IMG/VR virus record: IMGVR_UViG_3300025949_000023
Location: 1-64,000 of that record
Source of the DNA: a virus
DNA length: 64,000 nt
Direction: 5' to 3' (one strand)
Positions 17,370-28,552 of the stretch are shown piece after piece. The translations under genes and the position numbers were made by a program. Each line of letters opens with the position of its first letter. The stretch's first letter is position 1. Below the pieces are notes generated by a model, which was not told the DNA's origin, did no database searches, and saw only the letters and a list, made by a program, of their open reading frames with translations.

Positions 17370-20300
17370 TTAATTACGTTTGAAAAGGTTACGTAAAGAA
17401 AACCTTTTTTTCGCAGTTGGGGGACAATCTACTTTAAGCCTGTCCTCTTTTTTAAGGTCGTCAATCAATTCGTCCACGTCCTTGCCATACCTCTCCACCA
17501 GTTGCTTGCGCTGCTCGTGGTATGGTTTTTCCTCCTCCGGTGCGGAGGCAATGTCCTTTTCTATCTGGCTGAGCTTGGCTTCTTTTTCGGCGGCTCGTGC
17601 ATCTTGCTCAGTTTTAGTATTATCCTCTTTTTGTCCAAATCCGTTAGTCTCTGCGTGCTGTTTCCAGTACTCGTCGGTGAGTTGTTGTTCTGTTTCATAA
17701 TCTTGTTCAGCAATAGATTGCTGCTCCGGTGTTAGTTGTGAAAATTCTTTATCAAGTTCTTCGGGCGTATGTTCGCCAAACCAATCTTTAAAAGGTACAT
17801 CATAGGACTGCGCTTGGTTACCGCGCCCACGGTTTACACTTACATGCTCGTTTTCCCACATACGGTCTATGTGCGCTTGTAAACGCTGCGCACGTTTGGT
17901 GTTTGTTTTACCGGCCCTTATGTCGGCAACAGCGCCTTCCCGCTCTTTCTGGCTCATGTCGTCCAGTGTGAGCCGGTAGTCAAAACTACTATCCTTGGAA
18001 TCCTCCGCAAAGTGCAGGAATTGTTCGGTAAAATCTTTTTTGGAAATTTTGGATGTGCGCTCTTTAGAGGTGTCGCGTTTTGCTACCCCCCCCTCGATTT
18101 CGTGGGGTTGTTCTGGCTTAATTTCTTCAATAGGCCGTAATACCGTCTCTTCCAAATGCTGCTGAATTGGTGTAGTTTCCTTCTCAACCATTTTCGCAGC
18201 TTTCTCAGGGCTGGCCACCACTTCTTTTAATTGCTTGTGCAGTTCTTCAATTTTCGCTTGTATAGGCTCGTGGAATACTTTATCCGTTTCGTGCTTAATT
18301 TTCTCCTGCTGTGCAATTTCATCCCATATACTTAATGCAGCGGTCTTTTGCTCGGGTGTGATGCCCTTTGGTAGTTTGCTCTCCTTTGCCCATGAATTAG
18401 CGATAAACTCATGCGCTTTGTTCAAAGCATCTAATGTTTTGTAATCACCTCCAGCCAGCGCGTTTTTTCTGGCCTCCTCCAGTATGCTGGCATACAGTGC
18501 AGGGTTTTCATTAAAGTTGCGCAGTATTTCCATCCTCGCCCCTTTGGCCTCCGGCATTAACTTAGCCGCGGCGCTAATCATTCCACCCACCACCGTATTC
18601 ATCATTACATCATGGGCAATGTTATTCGGGTCAAGTTGGTTGGTAGCCAGATGCGTGCCGAATAGTTTATTGCTACCGGCGTTAATTACAAAGCTGCTTG
18701 CTTCTTGGGCCAGGTTTTGAGCATTTAACAGTGCCACGCCTTTCACCCCCTGCTCGGTGGGCATCAGTTTCATAAAGTAATCAGTCAGTGATTTTTTCGT
18801 AAACCCGGTGGCCAGTAAATCTTCGGTAGTTATTCGGCCTACGGTTGCCTTGGCTAAATCCGAAGGCATCTGCATGGTGTGCATAAACAGCCCTATTAAG
18901 CCGCCTTTTATCCCGCCAATGGTTTGTGCCTGCAATTCACTCGCACCGGCTAATTTCGCATGCTGGTAGCCTTGGTTGTACGTTCCCAGCATAAAGTAGC
19001 CCAGCTCCGGCGCTTTGGCAAATTGCCCCATCAAAATTGCTGGTGCCATGTTACCCAGCATTTCACCGGCCTGCGCGTAGAAAGGTTTATATCCGGCTTC
19101 ATTGAGTGCCGTTTGTGCAAAAGGTGTATCTGCAAAGCTGCCGCCATTGGAGAGGAATTTAGCGGTATAGTAGCGAGAATGTGAGCCAAACATACCGCCC
19201 ACGCCCAATGCAACATCATCTACGCCACCTACCATACCCGTGTAAATACTTTTACCGAAGTCTTTTACTCCCCTGCCCAGTTCCTTGGCCTGCCCAACAG
19301 CACCCTCTACACCACCTTTCTTTGCCTGCTGCTCATTGGCATACTTGCTTTCCTGTTCTGAAATCTGCGCTTGCTTGGCTTTCATCACATCAGGGAATAG
19401 CCCCGGCACCGCACCCAACAACTGCTCTCCTTTTTTCTGTGCCAGGTACAAATTCAATCCGTCCTGCCCTTCGCGGGTACCCAGCGGTTTTAAATCGTCA
19501 CTTACCTGCTTTGAGGCAGAAATAAACGATTGCTGGTTAAACTGGTAGGCATTCCATAAATCGGGTAGTTCTTTGCTACCCGACTGTGTAACTGCGTTGG
19601 TAACATCCATTTTTATCTTGGCATACCGGCGAATGTCATCCTCCGTCATGCTGGCAGGGTCGTTCAACTTCTTTACCTCCAAAGAAAGCATTTCATCCAT
19701 TTCGGGTATTACCCCTTTCATGGCATTCTCGCCTACCATTTTCATCTTGGCGCTTATCGCCTGCTGTTCACTCTGGTATTTTGTTTTGAAAGCATTATAG
19801 TAGTTATACGATTGAACGGCCTGTAAAACATCCGTGGGTACAGTTTTTTCATTACCATAAGTATCAGCTATCGCTTGTTGAAGTATTTGTGATTTTCCAG
19901 TTTGAGAAGCAAGCATATTGCTTGGCATCTGTTCTGCAGATTTTTTTACAGCCTCCATTATATCGGGGTGCTGCATTAAAAACTTTGCCAGCGGCAGGTT
20001 ATCTTTTAACAGCGCCTGTGTTTGCCATGGGTCGTTTTCTGTCTGCTTTACAAATTCATTTGCCTGCTCGTCTGTAATACTACTTGGCTGCTTTGATAAA
20101 GCACTTACCGTTACATCCGGCAGGTTGCCCACGTTAGCACCTTGGGCTGTTTTAAACGTCATGGAAGGGTTATACGCCTTGGGAACCATGTGTCCTTTAT
20201 CATTCATGTCGAGGTAAACATATTCACCTGTCCACGTAGGATTGTCCATTTGCAGCCTTTTTTTCCATGCAAGGCTTTCAGTATTGAAAAGCTTATCTGT

Positions 20301-20846
20301 TTTTACAATAGTGCCAATGTACTGCTTGGTGTTCACTATATCGCTCCATGACTTTACACCTTGTATTTCCTTGTTGCGGGCTTCAATGTCTTTTACCTGG
20401 GCCTCGGATGGGTTTACCTTAATATTGTCCCCTGCAGGTAAGAGCGCCTCTATACCACCCTCTTTGGTGGGAATATCTACTTCTTCTTTTGGTAAATCAA
20501 TTTTAGCCGGCAGGTCTGCCTTCATAATATCCGGTGGTGGTATATTCTCCGGTATCAGTGGCTTACGGGCTTGTGTAGTATGCATCGCCGTGGGTGCACT
20601 TATATTAAATGCTTCGCTTGCGGCATGCTGTTCTACTGGTAATGATACAGAATTAACAAAGGCATCCGTTACACTTTTAGCTGCTTCAATGGTAAACTTA
20701 CCGGCAGGAGTAGCGCTCTTTGGGTCTAAAAACTCCTTTTGAAAATCAGCCTTTGGACTTTTGAAAGTGCTGGCTTCCTGAATAGCTTTATAGTCAGCAT
20801 ATTGTTCGGGAATGACAGTGGTAGTATCAGGTGTATTGTCTGGCAT
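17370..20846 (-). CDS. large internal virion (ejected cargo) protein
   Basis: 1158 aa, Gly/Ala-rich hydrophobic middle, acidic coiled C-terminus. Confidence 0.55.
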   Translation of the reverse strand: MPDNTPDTTTVIPEQYADYKAIQEASTFKSPKADFQKEFLDPKSATPAGKFTIEAAKSVTDAFVNSVSLPVEQHAASEAFNISAPTAMHTTQARKPLIPENIPPPDIMKADLPAKIDLPKEEVDIPTKEGGIEALLPAGDNIKVNPSEAQVKDIEARNKEIQGVKSWSDIVNTKQYIGTIVKTDKLFNTESLAWKKRLQMDNPTWTGEYVYLDMNDKGHMVPKAYNPSMTFKTAQGANVGNLPDVTVSALSKQPSSITDEQANEFVKQTENDPWQTQALLKDNLPLAKFLMQHPDIMEAVKKSAEQMPSNMLASQTGKSQILQQAIADTYGNEKTVPTDVLQAVQSYNYYNAFKTKYQSEQQAISAKMKMVGENAMKGVIPEMDEMLSLEVKKLNDPASMTEDDIRRYAKIKMDVTNAVTQSGSKELPDLWNAYQFNQQSFISASKQVSDDLKPLGTREGQDGLNLYLAQKKGEQLLGAVPGLFPDVMKAKQAQISEQESKYANEQQAKKGGVEGAVGQAKELGRGVKDFGKSIYTGMVGGVDDVALGVGGMFGSHSRYYTAKFLSNGGSFADTPFAQTALNEAGYKPFYAQAGEMLGNMAPAILMGQFAKAPELGYFMLGTYNQGYQHAKLAGASELQAQTIGGIKGGLIGLFMHTMQMPSDLAKATVGRITTEDLLATGFTKKSLTDYFMKLMPTEQGVKGVALLNAQNLAQEASSFVINAGSNKLFGTHLATNQLDPNNIAHDVMMNTVVGGMISAAAKLMPEAKGARMEILRNFNENPALYASILEEARKNALAGGDYKTLDALNKAHEFIANSWAKESKLPKGITPEQKTAALSIWDEIAQQEKIKHETDKVFHEPIQAKIEELHKQLKEVVASPEKAAKMVEKETTPIQQHLEETVLRPIEEIKPEQPHEIEGGVAKRDTSKERTSKISKKDFTEQFLHFAEDSKDSSFDYRLTLDDMSQKEREGAVADIRAGKTNTKRAQRLQAHIDRMWENEHVSVNRGRGNQAQSYDVPFKDWFGEHTPEELDKEFSQLTPEQQSIAEQDYETEQQLTDEYWKQHAETNGFGQKEDNTKTEQDARAAEKEAKLSQIEKDIASAPEEEKPYHEQRKQLVERYGKDVDELIDDLKKEDRLKVDCPPTAKKRFSLRNLFKRN

Positions 20847-20854
20847 GATGCAAT

Positions 20855-22408
20855 TTAAGCACTCTGCGGGCTATTTACAAGCATTGCTAAGCCAGCAAGC
20901 GCGTTTCTCGGTGCAACCACATCATTAAATGATATTTCTCCATCATCTGAAAGGTCTGCTTCGTAATCTTCATTTGCGGCCTTGCCGGTTAAAAATCCCT
21001 TGCTTAAATCTATTTTAAACAACTCCTGTTTAACGGGCTTGGTTTTATCCATGTCAACAGCAGCCTTACCAGTATTAGGGTCTTTTGCGACCTCCATCTT
21101 CTTGGTCTTACTATTAAATTCGTATTTATAGAAAACTGGCAATATGTCTCCATTTTGCTTTACACGAACTTCATCTGGATAAACTTTTTTATTTGTGGTA
21201 GGGTCAACAATTGCCATGGCGTTTCTAACCCTATTATCAATTTTCATGTTGTACTGAATTTCCGTTACGCCATCATGTGTATAAGGCCTTGGGTCGTTCA
21301 TCGCATCAAGTTTTAAAACCTCAAAAAGTTTATTGCCCATTTCAAAGGCAACTGTTTTTTTCTTATCAGCCTTAGCATCATTAACTTTTATCTGTAATGA
21401 AGCGCCATAATCCTTTAGCCTCATGCCATATTCAAACCCAAGCTTTTTAAGTGCTTTTTCATTTTCAAATCGTTGCCCTTGTAAATATTCAGGGTTTGGC
21501 TTAAACTCTTTCTGCCCTAAGTTATAAGGTTTACTACCCTCAATTATCATTTTGGCTGTATAAAGGCCGGTATAATCCATTGGTAGTTTCTGCCCATGGT
21601 TATTGGGGTCACTATCAATTATCTTTTGCGCTTCCTGAATGGTGCTTAATTTATCCTCGTCTTTTGTCTGCATCCACTCGTTCTGCGCGTTTTTGTTGTA
21701 ATTACGGTTGCCCAAAGATTGGGCAGCTTTCATCGCTATTTCACTTGTCGGGCGCATGTAAACAGCATTTTGGTTTACATCCCACCCCACTAATTGCTTC
21801 TTGTCATTATATACGGGTTTTTCACTTGGCACCACTTGCCTGTCACCCAGCACATCCTTTATTGCATCGCCCGTTCCTTTATATGTTTCAGGTGCATGCA
21901 GGTATGGCGCCAGCGTATTGAATCCTGTTGTACGTATCTGGTCAATTGTCAGCCCATCCTCTATTTTTGATGCCTGTGCCAGCTCAGGGAAGTCTTTAAA
22001 AGCGCCGGGATTGGTTGCGGCCATGTTCCACATCTTCGCTTTTTCTTCACTTTGCTTTGTGCTGGAATTTGCCAGGTTAAGGTTGCTATAATACGCATCA
22101 TCCAATTTGCCTTGCCAGAAGGCCCTTTGTACGGGGTCTTTTAAAACTTTTGGGCTTTGCAGCATCAATCCAGCCATCCTGAAACTCTTTACCCCTTCCA
22201 TGAATTTAGGAATATCCGCAGCACGCATTGTTTTCTGGGAATCCCCCAGCTGTAACTGCATTTTATTAAACTGGTCTTGAATATACTGCTTGTTGGTTAA
22301 GTCCCTGTGCTGTATTTGGGCAAGCGTGGTGTTAAATTGTTCCCAATGTAGTACGCCGGCCTCGCCCGTACCTGTCCCGCTTGATATGTTTGCGCCTGTT
22401 TGTGCCAT
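20855..22408 (-). CDS. internal virion/ejection protein
   Basis: Helical, Q/K-rich, follows the small ejection protein. Confidence 0.5.
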   Translation of the reverse strand: MAQTGANISSGTGTGEAGVLHWEQFNTTLAQIQHRDLTNKQYIQDQFNKMQLQLGDSQKTMRAADIPKFMEGVKSFRMAGLMLQSPKVLKDPVQRAFWQGKLDDAYYSNLNLANSSTKQSEEKAKMWNMAATNPGAFKDFPELAQASKIEDGLTIDQIRTTGFNTLAPYLHAPETYKGTGDAIKDVLGDRQVVPSEKPVYNDKKQLVGWDVNQNAVYMRPTSEIAMKAAQSLGNRNYNKNAQNEWMQTKDEDKLSTIQEAQKIIDSDPNNHGQKLPMDYTGLYTAKMIIEGSKPYNLGQKEFKPNPEYLQGQRFENEKALKKLGFEYGMRLKDYGASLQIKVNDAKADKKKTVAFEMGNKLFEVLKLDAMNDPRPYTHDGVTEIQYNMKIDNRVRNAMAIVDPTTNKKVYPDEVRVKQNGDILPVFYKYEFNSKTKKMEVAKDPNTGKAAVDMDKTKPVKQELFKIDLSKGFLTGKAANEDYEADLSDDGEISFNDVVAPRNALAGLAMLVNSPQSA

Positions 22409-23085
22409 TACTGTATTGGTTGGAAGCCTGAAAAACGACGTAACCGTTGTGTATTTTGAAGATATGTAGCGTAGCTATCAGGAATTGTGTTCCCGTAAAG
22501 GTCAGGGTTTTCAACTGTAGGGTCATTTTTAGGAGTAAAGAACCCTTCACTTGCCCCTTTAGCACCTGCGGAAGCAATCATATTAAGCCCTGTATTAAAG
22601 TTCTCGGTAGACGCACCTTTTAAAGCCTGTATAGCTGCGGCGTTTTCTTCGTACTTGGCTTTGCTGTTCCAATCCCACACCCTGTTTTGCCAGTCTCCTA
22701 AATTATTTTTCTGGTTGATTAGCTGGCCTTCTTTGGTAACCATCAGCTGCGCATCCTGCGCGGTTAAATTTCCGGTTGCGTCCTGCTGCTGCTGTTGTAT
22801 AGCGCCTATTGTTTCCATGCCCGCCCTGCGCTCCGTAGCGCTGCCCAAAGCTACTGCACCGGCACGCTGTATCTCTTTTTGTGCCTCTAACTTTACGGCA
22901 GCGGGTAAGCCGTATGTAGCCTGCTGCTCTGCAAGTGCTGTGGCATCTTTAATACCCTGCGGCACGCTTTCAATAGGCCGCTGGTTTGATTTTTCCAATG
23001 CCTTTGCCTTCTTCTTATCGGAAGCGCTTTTTATCAAGCTTATGGCACCTAAAACTCCTGCGGTTACGAGGCCCCCGGCTGGCAT
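22408..23085 (-). CDS. small ejection (pilot-like) protein
   Basis: Gly/Ala hydrophobic N-terminus followed by a Q/A-rich coil, as in T7 gp14/P22 gp7-type proteins. Confidence 0.6.
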   Translation of the reverse strand: MPAGGLVTAGVLGAISLIKSASDKKKAKALEKSNQRPIESVPQGIKDATALAEQQATYGLPAAVKLEAQKEIQRAGAVALGSATERRAGMETIGAIQQQQQDATGNLTAQDAQLMVTKEGQLINQKNNLGDWQNRVWDWNSKAKYEENAAAIQALKGASTENFNTGLNMIASAGAKGASEGFFTPKNDPTVENPDLYGNTIPDSYATYLQNTQRLRRFSGFQPIQ

Positions 23086-23088
23086 AGA

Positions 23089-23520
23089 CTAAGATTTAGT
23101 TGTTAAAACTGTTATATTTTCAATCGTGGTAACCATCCCACACTTCTTCAACCAATTAATCGCCCTGGTATTGTAACTGTATAAAAGGCAGTCAAATTTA
23201 TCTCCCAGCGATTGTTTGATTGACTTCCAAAATTCATCTAAATATAGCGAATTTCTAAAATTTTTATTTAAACCGAAACTTATCAGCAATTCGGGCATAT
23301 AAACATAGTAGCCTACCGGGTTGTAATTATCGTAAAAACCAATGCACTTTGCGTCAGGGTAATTGTGTTTTATCTTGGCCATTACATTGTCGCATGCCTG
23401 CTGTGTACTGGTAACGTTCTCTCCTTTATCGTAGTAATTAAGCAGGTCGGTATCAAGTAAAAATGCAGCCTCTACGAAGGGCTGCATTTCTGAAATATCG
23501 TGTGTGCATGTAGTTATCAT
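23089..23520 (-). CDS. GNAT-like protein of the tail/ejection module
   Basis: NTRAINWLKKCG motif; positional analogue of T7 gp13. Confidence 0.55.
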   Translation of the reverse strand: MITTCTHDISEMQPFVEAAFLLDTDLLNYYDKGENVTSTQQACDNVMAKIKHNYPDAKCIGFYDNYNPVGYYVYMPELLISFGLNKNFRNSLYLDEFWKSIKQSLGDKFDCLLYSYNTRAINWLKKCGMVTTIENITVLTTKS

Positions 23521-26500
23521 CCGTTGCGTGGGCTAAATGCGTAATTTAAATACAACCCGAAGATATAAATTAATTCGGGGTCTGCACGCTGCAAAATCAA
23601 CTCCATCCATGTCCCTTTCAGGAAGTCTCCGTTAATAAGGCCTCCTTCGCTGTTTACATCCCGCCAGAAAGCGGCACTGTAAATACCTTCCCTGAAATCA
23701 AGATCTTCGTCCAGCAATGTACTTTGGTTGCCCAGCTCAGTTTGTATCTGCGTAGGCATTGGCGCTGTCCATATTTTCCCATATTGGGAATTGTAGTTTA
23801 TTGCCCGGTATTCTTTTTTGGCGTTTGCCTGCGGGTTAAATACTATATCTAATGAGGCTGGATAAAGTACACCATACGGTGTTATCTGGCCGTATTGTTC
23901 AATTACACCATACTGCGCTATCTCACCAGGTACGTAAATTTGACCGTAGTTTGAAAAGAAGGTGTTATACTGGTTTTGATTCGTAAAGCTGTACAATACG
24001 CCTTTCTGCCACGCATACAGCACGTTTTCACCGCACTCAATCATATCTGGTTGCCAATCCCTCCAGTTAGTAAATGCGTTCTCTGCTTCGTCCCATACAA
24101 TAGTGTCTCCCTGTATATCATCGCCGCTTTGGAAAACAAATATGCACTCCTTCTTTTTGTCCCTTTGGAAATAACAGCATCCCAGTATTTTGGCATAGCC
24201 GCCGTAATATCCTTGATGGTTATTTAAATACTGTGTAGCCAGTGGCCCTACAAATGTTTGTACTTTCCCTTCTTCGCTTATTGGTGTGTAACCATCCTGA
24301 GAAAGTCGTAACAAATACCCTTTTACCGGGTCTGGGTGATAATCAACATACCCATCTGAAAACAGCCCGTCAGCCTGGTTGCCTATGCCAAAACTTCCGT
24401 CATAGTACTGGATGTTGTTTTGTGTAATTATCGTGTCGGAAACTATCAGGTTTTTAGTCCCGTCATTGTTTACAATGAATTTTGCATACACCCCTATAAC
24501 ACCTGTACCGCGCTCATGGAAGATTCTGGCGTTTCGCTGCCGGGCAACCATCCGCATAACCTTACCCTTGCTGCGGTCAAATTCATCGTAGTCAAAAGGA
24601 TAAAATATGCTTATACCGTTTACATTCGTTCCTTGCTGGTCAGGATGGCTAAACCTAAACCTTGTGGGATATTCCTGTTGTTTTACATCCGGCGCCACAA
24701 CTGCAGGTTTCCCGTTGCTGCTGGTAACAATAGCGTACACATCGCTGAATGACGGCTCAATTACCGGTATCTGTATGTTTTCTATTATCTCCATTTTAAG
24801 CACATGCTGCCCGTATTGCACTGTAGTTGTGCCATCTATACCTGCGTCAACTTCAATATAAAACACTATACATCCCGCGGGCACTACTGCATCAACAATC
24901 AACTCGGTAAAATCCGCCTGGTCGCCGGAAGAAGCAAGAAACCTGTTTTTAGCCAGATAGTAGCTTGTATAGTTATTACTTGGGTTAATAACAACCACAA
25001 ATATGCTCAGGTTTACGGCTTTGTCGGTTGTTGCGCCAGCCGTGTCAACTGTAAACCGCAAAGAAATGTCGCTCGCTGTTTTATTCTTAAATATGTAATC
25101 GGTGCTGCTGTAATCAACAAGGCCTGTTAATCCGGGGTCGGTGTTGTAATTCTGTGTTCCTACTTCGTACCGTGTATTGCTTACATTCCCACCCTGCGGC
25201 GTTGCGCTGGGGGTGGCGTATGTTTCGGCAATCTTATAATTACCAATATCGTAGTAATAAATAAACCCTACCGGCACCGTTCTCCACCGGAAGAAGTTAT
25301 CGCCATCGCTTATTGTGACGATAGCCGCCTGCGAAAGATTAGCTGTTTGTGTTTGGGTATTGCCCATGTGGTAGGCTTGTGCTGTACCTGAATTACCAAT
25401 CCCAAACCATTTACCAAATTCAAAATAAGTATTGTTGTTTGTTTCGCCTTCTACAATATTTGACTGGTGGGCTTTTAAATTGTAAAGCAACACTTGGTAG
25501 TGCTGGTAATCTATAGTCCCGTCAAAAACAAAGACTCCAGGTGTAATATCGGCTGTAGGGTAGTTTATTTTTACGAAGTTGCCAGTCATTTGCTGTGTAT
25601 TGATAACAGGGTTTACCTCCAAAGAAAGCACCTCGTAATCAAGATTAAGCGTAGAAATGTCGTGTCCTACGCCGCTGGCATCCCATCTGGCATTAAACCT
25701 CACCCTGTCGCCGGGGGAGAAGTTGTACTGTACGACGCCCTCACTGGCCTGTATAGTTTTATTATATTCTACAATATTGCTTACATCTATGTACGCATAC
25801 TGTTTTTCAAGGTACACCTGGCTATACGCCTGCCGGGAAACCCAGTTAAGTATTTTATTGTATGAAAGCTGAGGCGTCCTTAAAACCTGGTAGCCGGTAG
25901 CCCATATTGGTGGCCGGTGTGAAATTAAGAGTGCAAGCTGGGCCACCCCCGCTGCATACGCGCCAAAGAACTGGGATGGCGTTTTGATAAAACACTGCGC
26001 TGTGGTTACTACTGTATTAGTGCGTCCTTTATCATCCCGGTAATTAATGGCTATCCCATAGTTGCAGTTTGGTAAATAAGCAAAGAAAGATGTGTTTAAA
26101 ATGCTATAATCTGCCGGTACGTAAGGCGCTGCATCCAAAGTGGTGTTTGCCCGGTACAAAACCAAACTGTTTGTGCCAAGACTTATGAATGTCCACCCCT
26201 GCGCAATACTGGCTACCTGCAGTTGTGTAAGCGCCGTAACCACGGAAGCGTCACTGGCCGTAATACTAAACCCTACCTCCGCCTGGGCTGCGTTCTGTGC
26301 TTTTACGGTAAGTACGCTACCTGCCAGCACATCTAATAAGGATGGATTATCGTTGCCGTCATTTGTACCGGTACCGGTTAAATATATCGTAACATACCCG
26401 GTGTACGGGTTTTGATACGCAAAAAACAGCAACCCATTTACTGTTGCATACTGGTTGTCTACCGGCGTAACCGTTGTAGTCATTAAAGGCATTGCCACCT

Positions 26501-27533
26501 GGTCATAGCCTTCCACGGTGTCTGCCACGGCCACCACATTCCCGTTTAAAACAGTGCTGCAATTATTCTGCTGGGGAATATATGTCTGGTCAATTACTGT
26601 CAGTGTAGGGTCAGCGGAAGGATATGTACTGTCATTGTAAAAAACATACCGCCAAAAGCTGTTATCGGGGATACTCAGCTCAGATTTTACCAATGTGTCA
26701 ACAAGCAGCCAATCGGAAGTTATGCCGTCTTTTGTTTGCTGCATCCATATCTCCAGCTTTTTTACATCCACATCCCCTGTTGGGATGTATAACGCTATCC
26801 TGCCGTTTTTATTCGGGTTTTGGTTTATCACCATATCGCCGGGATTGTACGGCAGCGGGCACTCGCTTATTGTTGAATACACGCATTTATCCAAAACATC
26901 AAAAACCTGCCGCGTCCTGAACTGAAACAGGGCATTACGCAGGTTGTTTGTGGCCAGGCCGGTAGCGTTCTCATACACGCATTTTATTGGTATAGGCGGT
27001 GGTTGTTTCGCAAGGTCTATGTAATTGCGCCTTATAGGGTTATACGTGTTGGCTAAATACAGGTTTATGGGTATACGGGTAATTCTTTTTAAACTGTCGG
27101 TGTAAACAAGAATATCGCCGTCAACAGGGTCGCCGTAGATTATATCAATGGAATTTATGGTAACAGTAAAAAGAAAGCCCAGCACATCACCGTCTGTGTT
27201 GATACCGTTCTGAATCAGGGTATCAATAGTTCCCAGCTTAGTGTTTAGAATATATATACCATCATTGCCGTTGGAGTTTTTATTCATCCAGAACATCCTG
27301 TATTTAACGGCATCATAGTGCCTGCCGATACAAAGATTGTCTCCTGCCGGAAGGCTAAAACCATACGCTGTAAATAAATTGATTGTTCCGGTGAGGTTCT
27401 GCGGGCGTTTGTTTCCAGCTGGCCCAAACCAGCTTAAATTCCTTGTACTTCGGCGTAGCATACCATTGCCTACGTTCTCCGGCGTATCGTCCAGGTTAAC
27501 CATACCGGTAAATGGTACTTGTTCTATTGGCAT
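23517..27533 (-). CDS. tail muzzle/stabilisation protein
   Basis: About 1340 aa, beta-rich, GMVNLDD start and GDFLKGTW C-terminus; follows three ring proteins; likely start MPIEQ at 27533. Confidence 0.7.
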   Translation of the reverse strand: MPIEQVPFTGMVNLDDTPENVGNGMLRRSTRNLSWFGPAGNKRPQNLTGTINLFTAYGFSLPAGDNLCIGRHYDAVKYRMFWMNKNSNGNDGIYILNTKLGTIDTLIQNGINTDGDVLGFLFTVTINSIDIIYGDPVDGDILVYTDSLKRITRIPINLYLANTYNPIRRNYIDLAKQPPPIPIKCVYENATGLATNNLRNALFQFRTRQVFDVLDKCVYSTISECPLPYNPGDMVINQNPNKNGRIALYIPTGDVDVKKLEIWMQQTKDGITSDWLLVDTLVKSELSIPDNSFWRYVFYNDSTYPSADPTLTVIDQTYIPQQNNCSTVLNGNVVAVADTVEGYDQVAMPLMTTTVTPVDNQYATVNGLLFFAYQNPYTGYVTIYLTGTGTNDGNDNPSLLDVLAGSVLTVKAQNAAQAEVGFSITASDASVVTALTQLQVASIAQGWTFISLGTNSLVLYRANTTLDAAPYVPADYSILNTSFFAYLPNCNYGIAINYRDDKGRTNTVVTTAQCFIKTPSQFFGAYAAGVAQLALLISHRPPIWATGYQVLRTPQLSYNKILNWVSRQAYSQVYLEKQYAYIDVSNIVEYNKTIQASEGVVQYNFSPGDRVRFNARWDASGVGHDISTLNLDYEVLSLEVNPVINTQQMTGNFVKINYPTADITPGVFVFDGTIDYQHYQVLLYNLKAHQSNIVEGETNNNTYFEFGKWFGIGNSGTAQAYHMGNTQTQTANLSQAAIVTISDGDNFFRWRTVPVGFIYYYDIGNYKIAETYATPSATPQGGNVSNTRYEVGTQNYNTDPGLTGLVDYSSTDYIFKNKTASDISLRFTVDTAGATTDKAVNLSIFVVVINPSNNYTSYYLAKNRFLASSGDQADFTELIVDAVVPAGCIVFYIEVDAGIDGTTTVQYGQHVLKMEIIENIQIPVIEPSFSDVYAIVTSSNGKPAVVAPDVKQQEYPTRFRFSHPDQQGTNVNGISIFYPFDYDEFDRSKGKVMRMVARQRNARIFHERGTGVIGVYAKFIVNNDGTKNLIVSDTIITQNNIQYYDGSFGIGNQADGLFSDGYVDYHPDPVKGYLLRLSQDGYTPISEEGKVQTFVGPLATQYLNNHQGYYGGYAKILGCCYFQRDKKKECIFVFQSGDDIQGDTIVWDEAENAFTNWRDWQPDMIECGENVLYAWQKGVLYSFTNQNQYNTFFSNYGQIYVPGEIAQYGVIEQYGQITPYGVLYPASLDIVFNPQANAKKEYRAINYNSQYGKIWTAPMPTQIQTELGNQSTLLDEDLDFREGIYSAAFWRDVNSEGGLINGDFLKGTWMELILQRADPELIYIFGLYLNYAFSPRNG

Positions 27534-27535
27534 GT

Positions 27536-27751
27536 TTAGTTGATTTGACTGAGCTCTGTTACTACCAGTTGCCCAAGCCAAATGTACCCCTTTCCTGTGT
27601 AATTACCCCCTGTGTTGTCGGTAGCGGTCAAATTGTACATCACCCTGCTTTGACCGTTTTCTGTAAAAGAAGTGCCTAAATAATAATGCAGGCCTTTGCT
27701 CCCATTGGCAAGTACCTGCACATTTGAAGTATATAACTGGCCTTCTGGCAT
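27536..27751 (-). CDS. hypothetical protein (71 aa)
   Basis: Fills the gap between ring and muzzle genes. Confidence 0.55.
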   Translation of the reverse strand: MPEGQLYTSNVQVLANGSKGLHYYLGTSFTENGQSRVMYNLTATDNTGGNYTGKGYIWLGQLVVTELSQIN

Positions 27752-27754
27752 GGC

Positions 27755-28549
27755 TTATGGTTTTAATCCTAAACTTTGCGCTTCTACCGCTTGCTGGTAA
27801 GCATCCTGCAGCCTGAATGGCTTATACATCCTTTTTGCAAGGCTTAATTGTGATTTAAACATATTCGCACGCATCTGAATGTTTGCGTTACCTACGTGGC
27901 CGGTAGCTGGCATATACGCTATATCCTGGTACCCCAGCCATGCTATCATCGCCTCCTGAAACTGTAAGGGTATCGCGTAATCATCATTCTGCTCGGGGCT
28001 GCTTAAATACTCAATAATGATGTTCGGGTATTGAAAGTTGGGGTTAAGGACAATAACCCTATTGGCCATATCCACCCTGCACTCGCCCGGCTGCACCAGG
28101 TGTGAGCCTGCACCAAACCGCTGCGCATAACCCGAAAGGCCGCTCCATCCAAAACCTTGTACGCCGGTAAACTGGTTTATATCAAACCAGCAATCACTGG
28201 TAAGTATCTGCTGCACTTCCGGCGTAATATCCGTAAGCCTGTTGGCTGAATTATCTTTATACGTTGTCAGGTCATTGTTCACACGCAAAGTAGCAAGCTC
28301 GCCACCATAGTTAAAATACCCTATTTTAATCCACTGTATGAGGTCTACGGGCAGCAAAGCGGTTTTATTGGCGCCTACCACCAATTGCGTTGTAATAGGC
28401 TCCCAAAACGCATTCAAGCCCATTTGGATAAAAGCCCTGAAAGCTATACGCCAAAAGCGCAAAAACTCACCTTCGTTCTGCTTTGAAGCTTCCGAATACA
28501 TGAAGATTATATCTTTCAGTTTTATCTTATCGTTTATTGGTGCTGGCAT
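27755..28549 (-). CDS. tail ring/adaptor protein
   Basis: LPVDLIQWIKIG, IIIEYLS, IPLQFQEAMIAW pattern. Confidence 0.65.
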   Translation of the reverse strand: MPAPINDKIKLKDIIFMYSEASKQNEGEFLRFWRIAFRAFIQMGLNAFWEPITTQLVVGANKTALLPVDLIQWIKIGYFNYGGELATLRVNNDLTTYKDNSANRLTDITPEVQQILTSDCWFDINQFTGVQGFGWSGLSGYAQRFGAGSHLVQPGECRVDMANRVIVLNPNFQYPNIIIEYLSSPEQNDDYAIPLQFQEAMIAWLGYQDIAYMPATGHVGNANIQMRANMFKSQLSLAKRMYKPFRLQDAYQQAVEAQSLGLKP

Positions 28550-28552
28550 ACG

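Noticed and set aside
12144-22408. Virion RNA polymerase among the cargo proteins
   Set aside because: No DxDxD catalytic motif recognised, and the proteins are smaller than known crAss-type enzymes
11552-28549. Many structural proteins start with Met-Pro
   Set aside because: Small second residues are common through Met excision; not separable from chance without statistics
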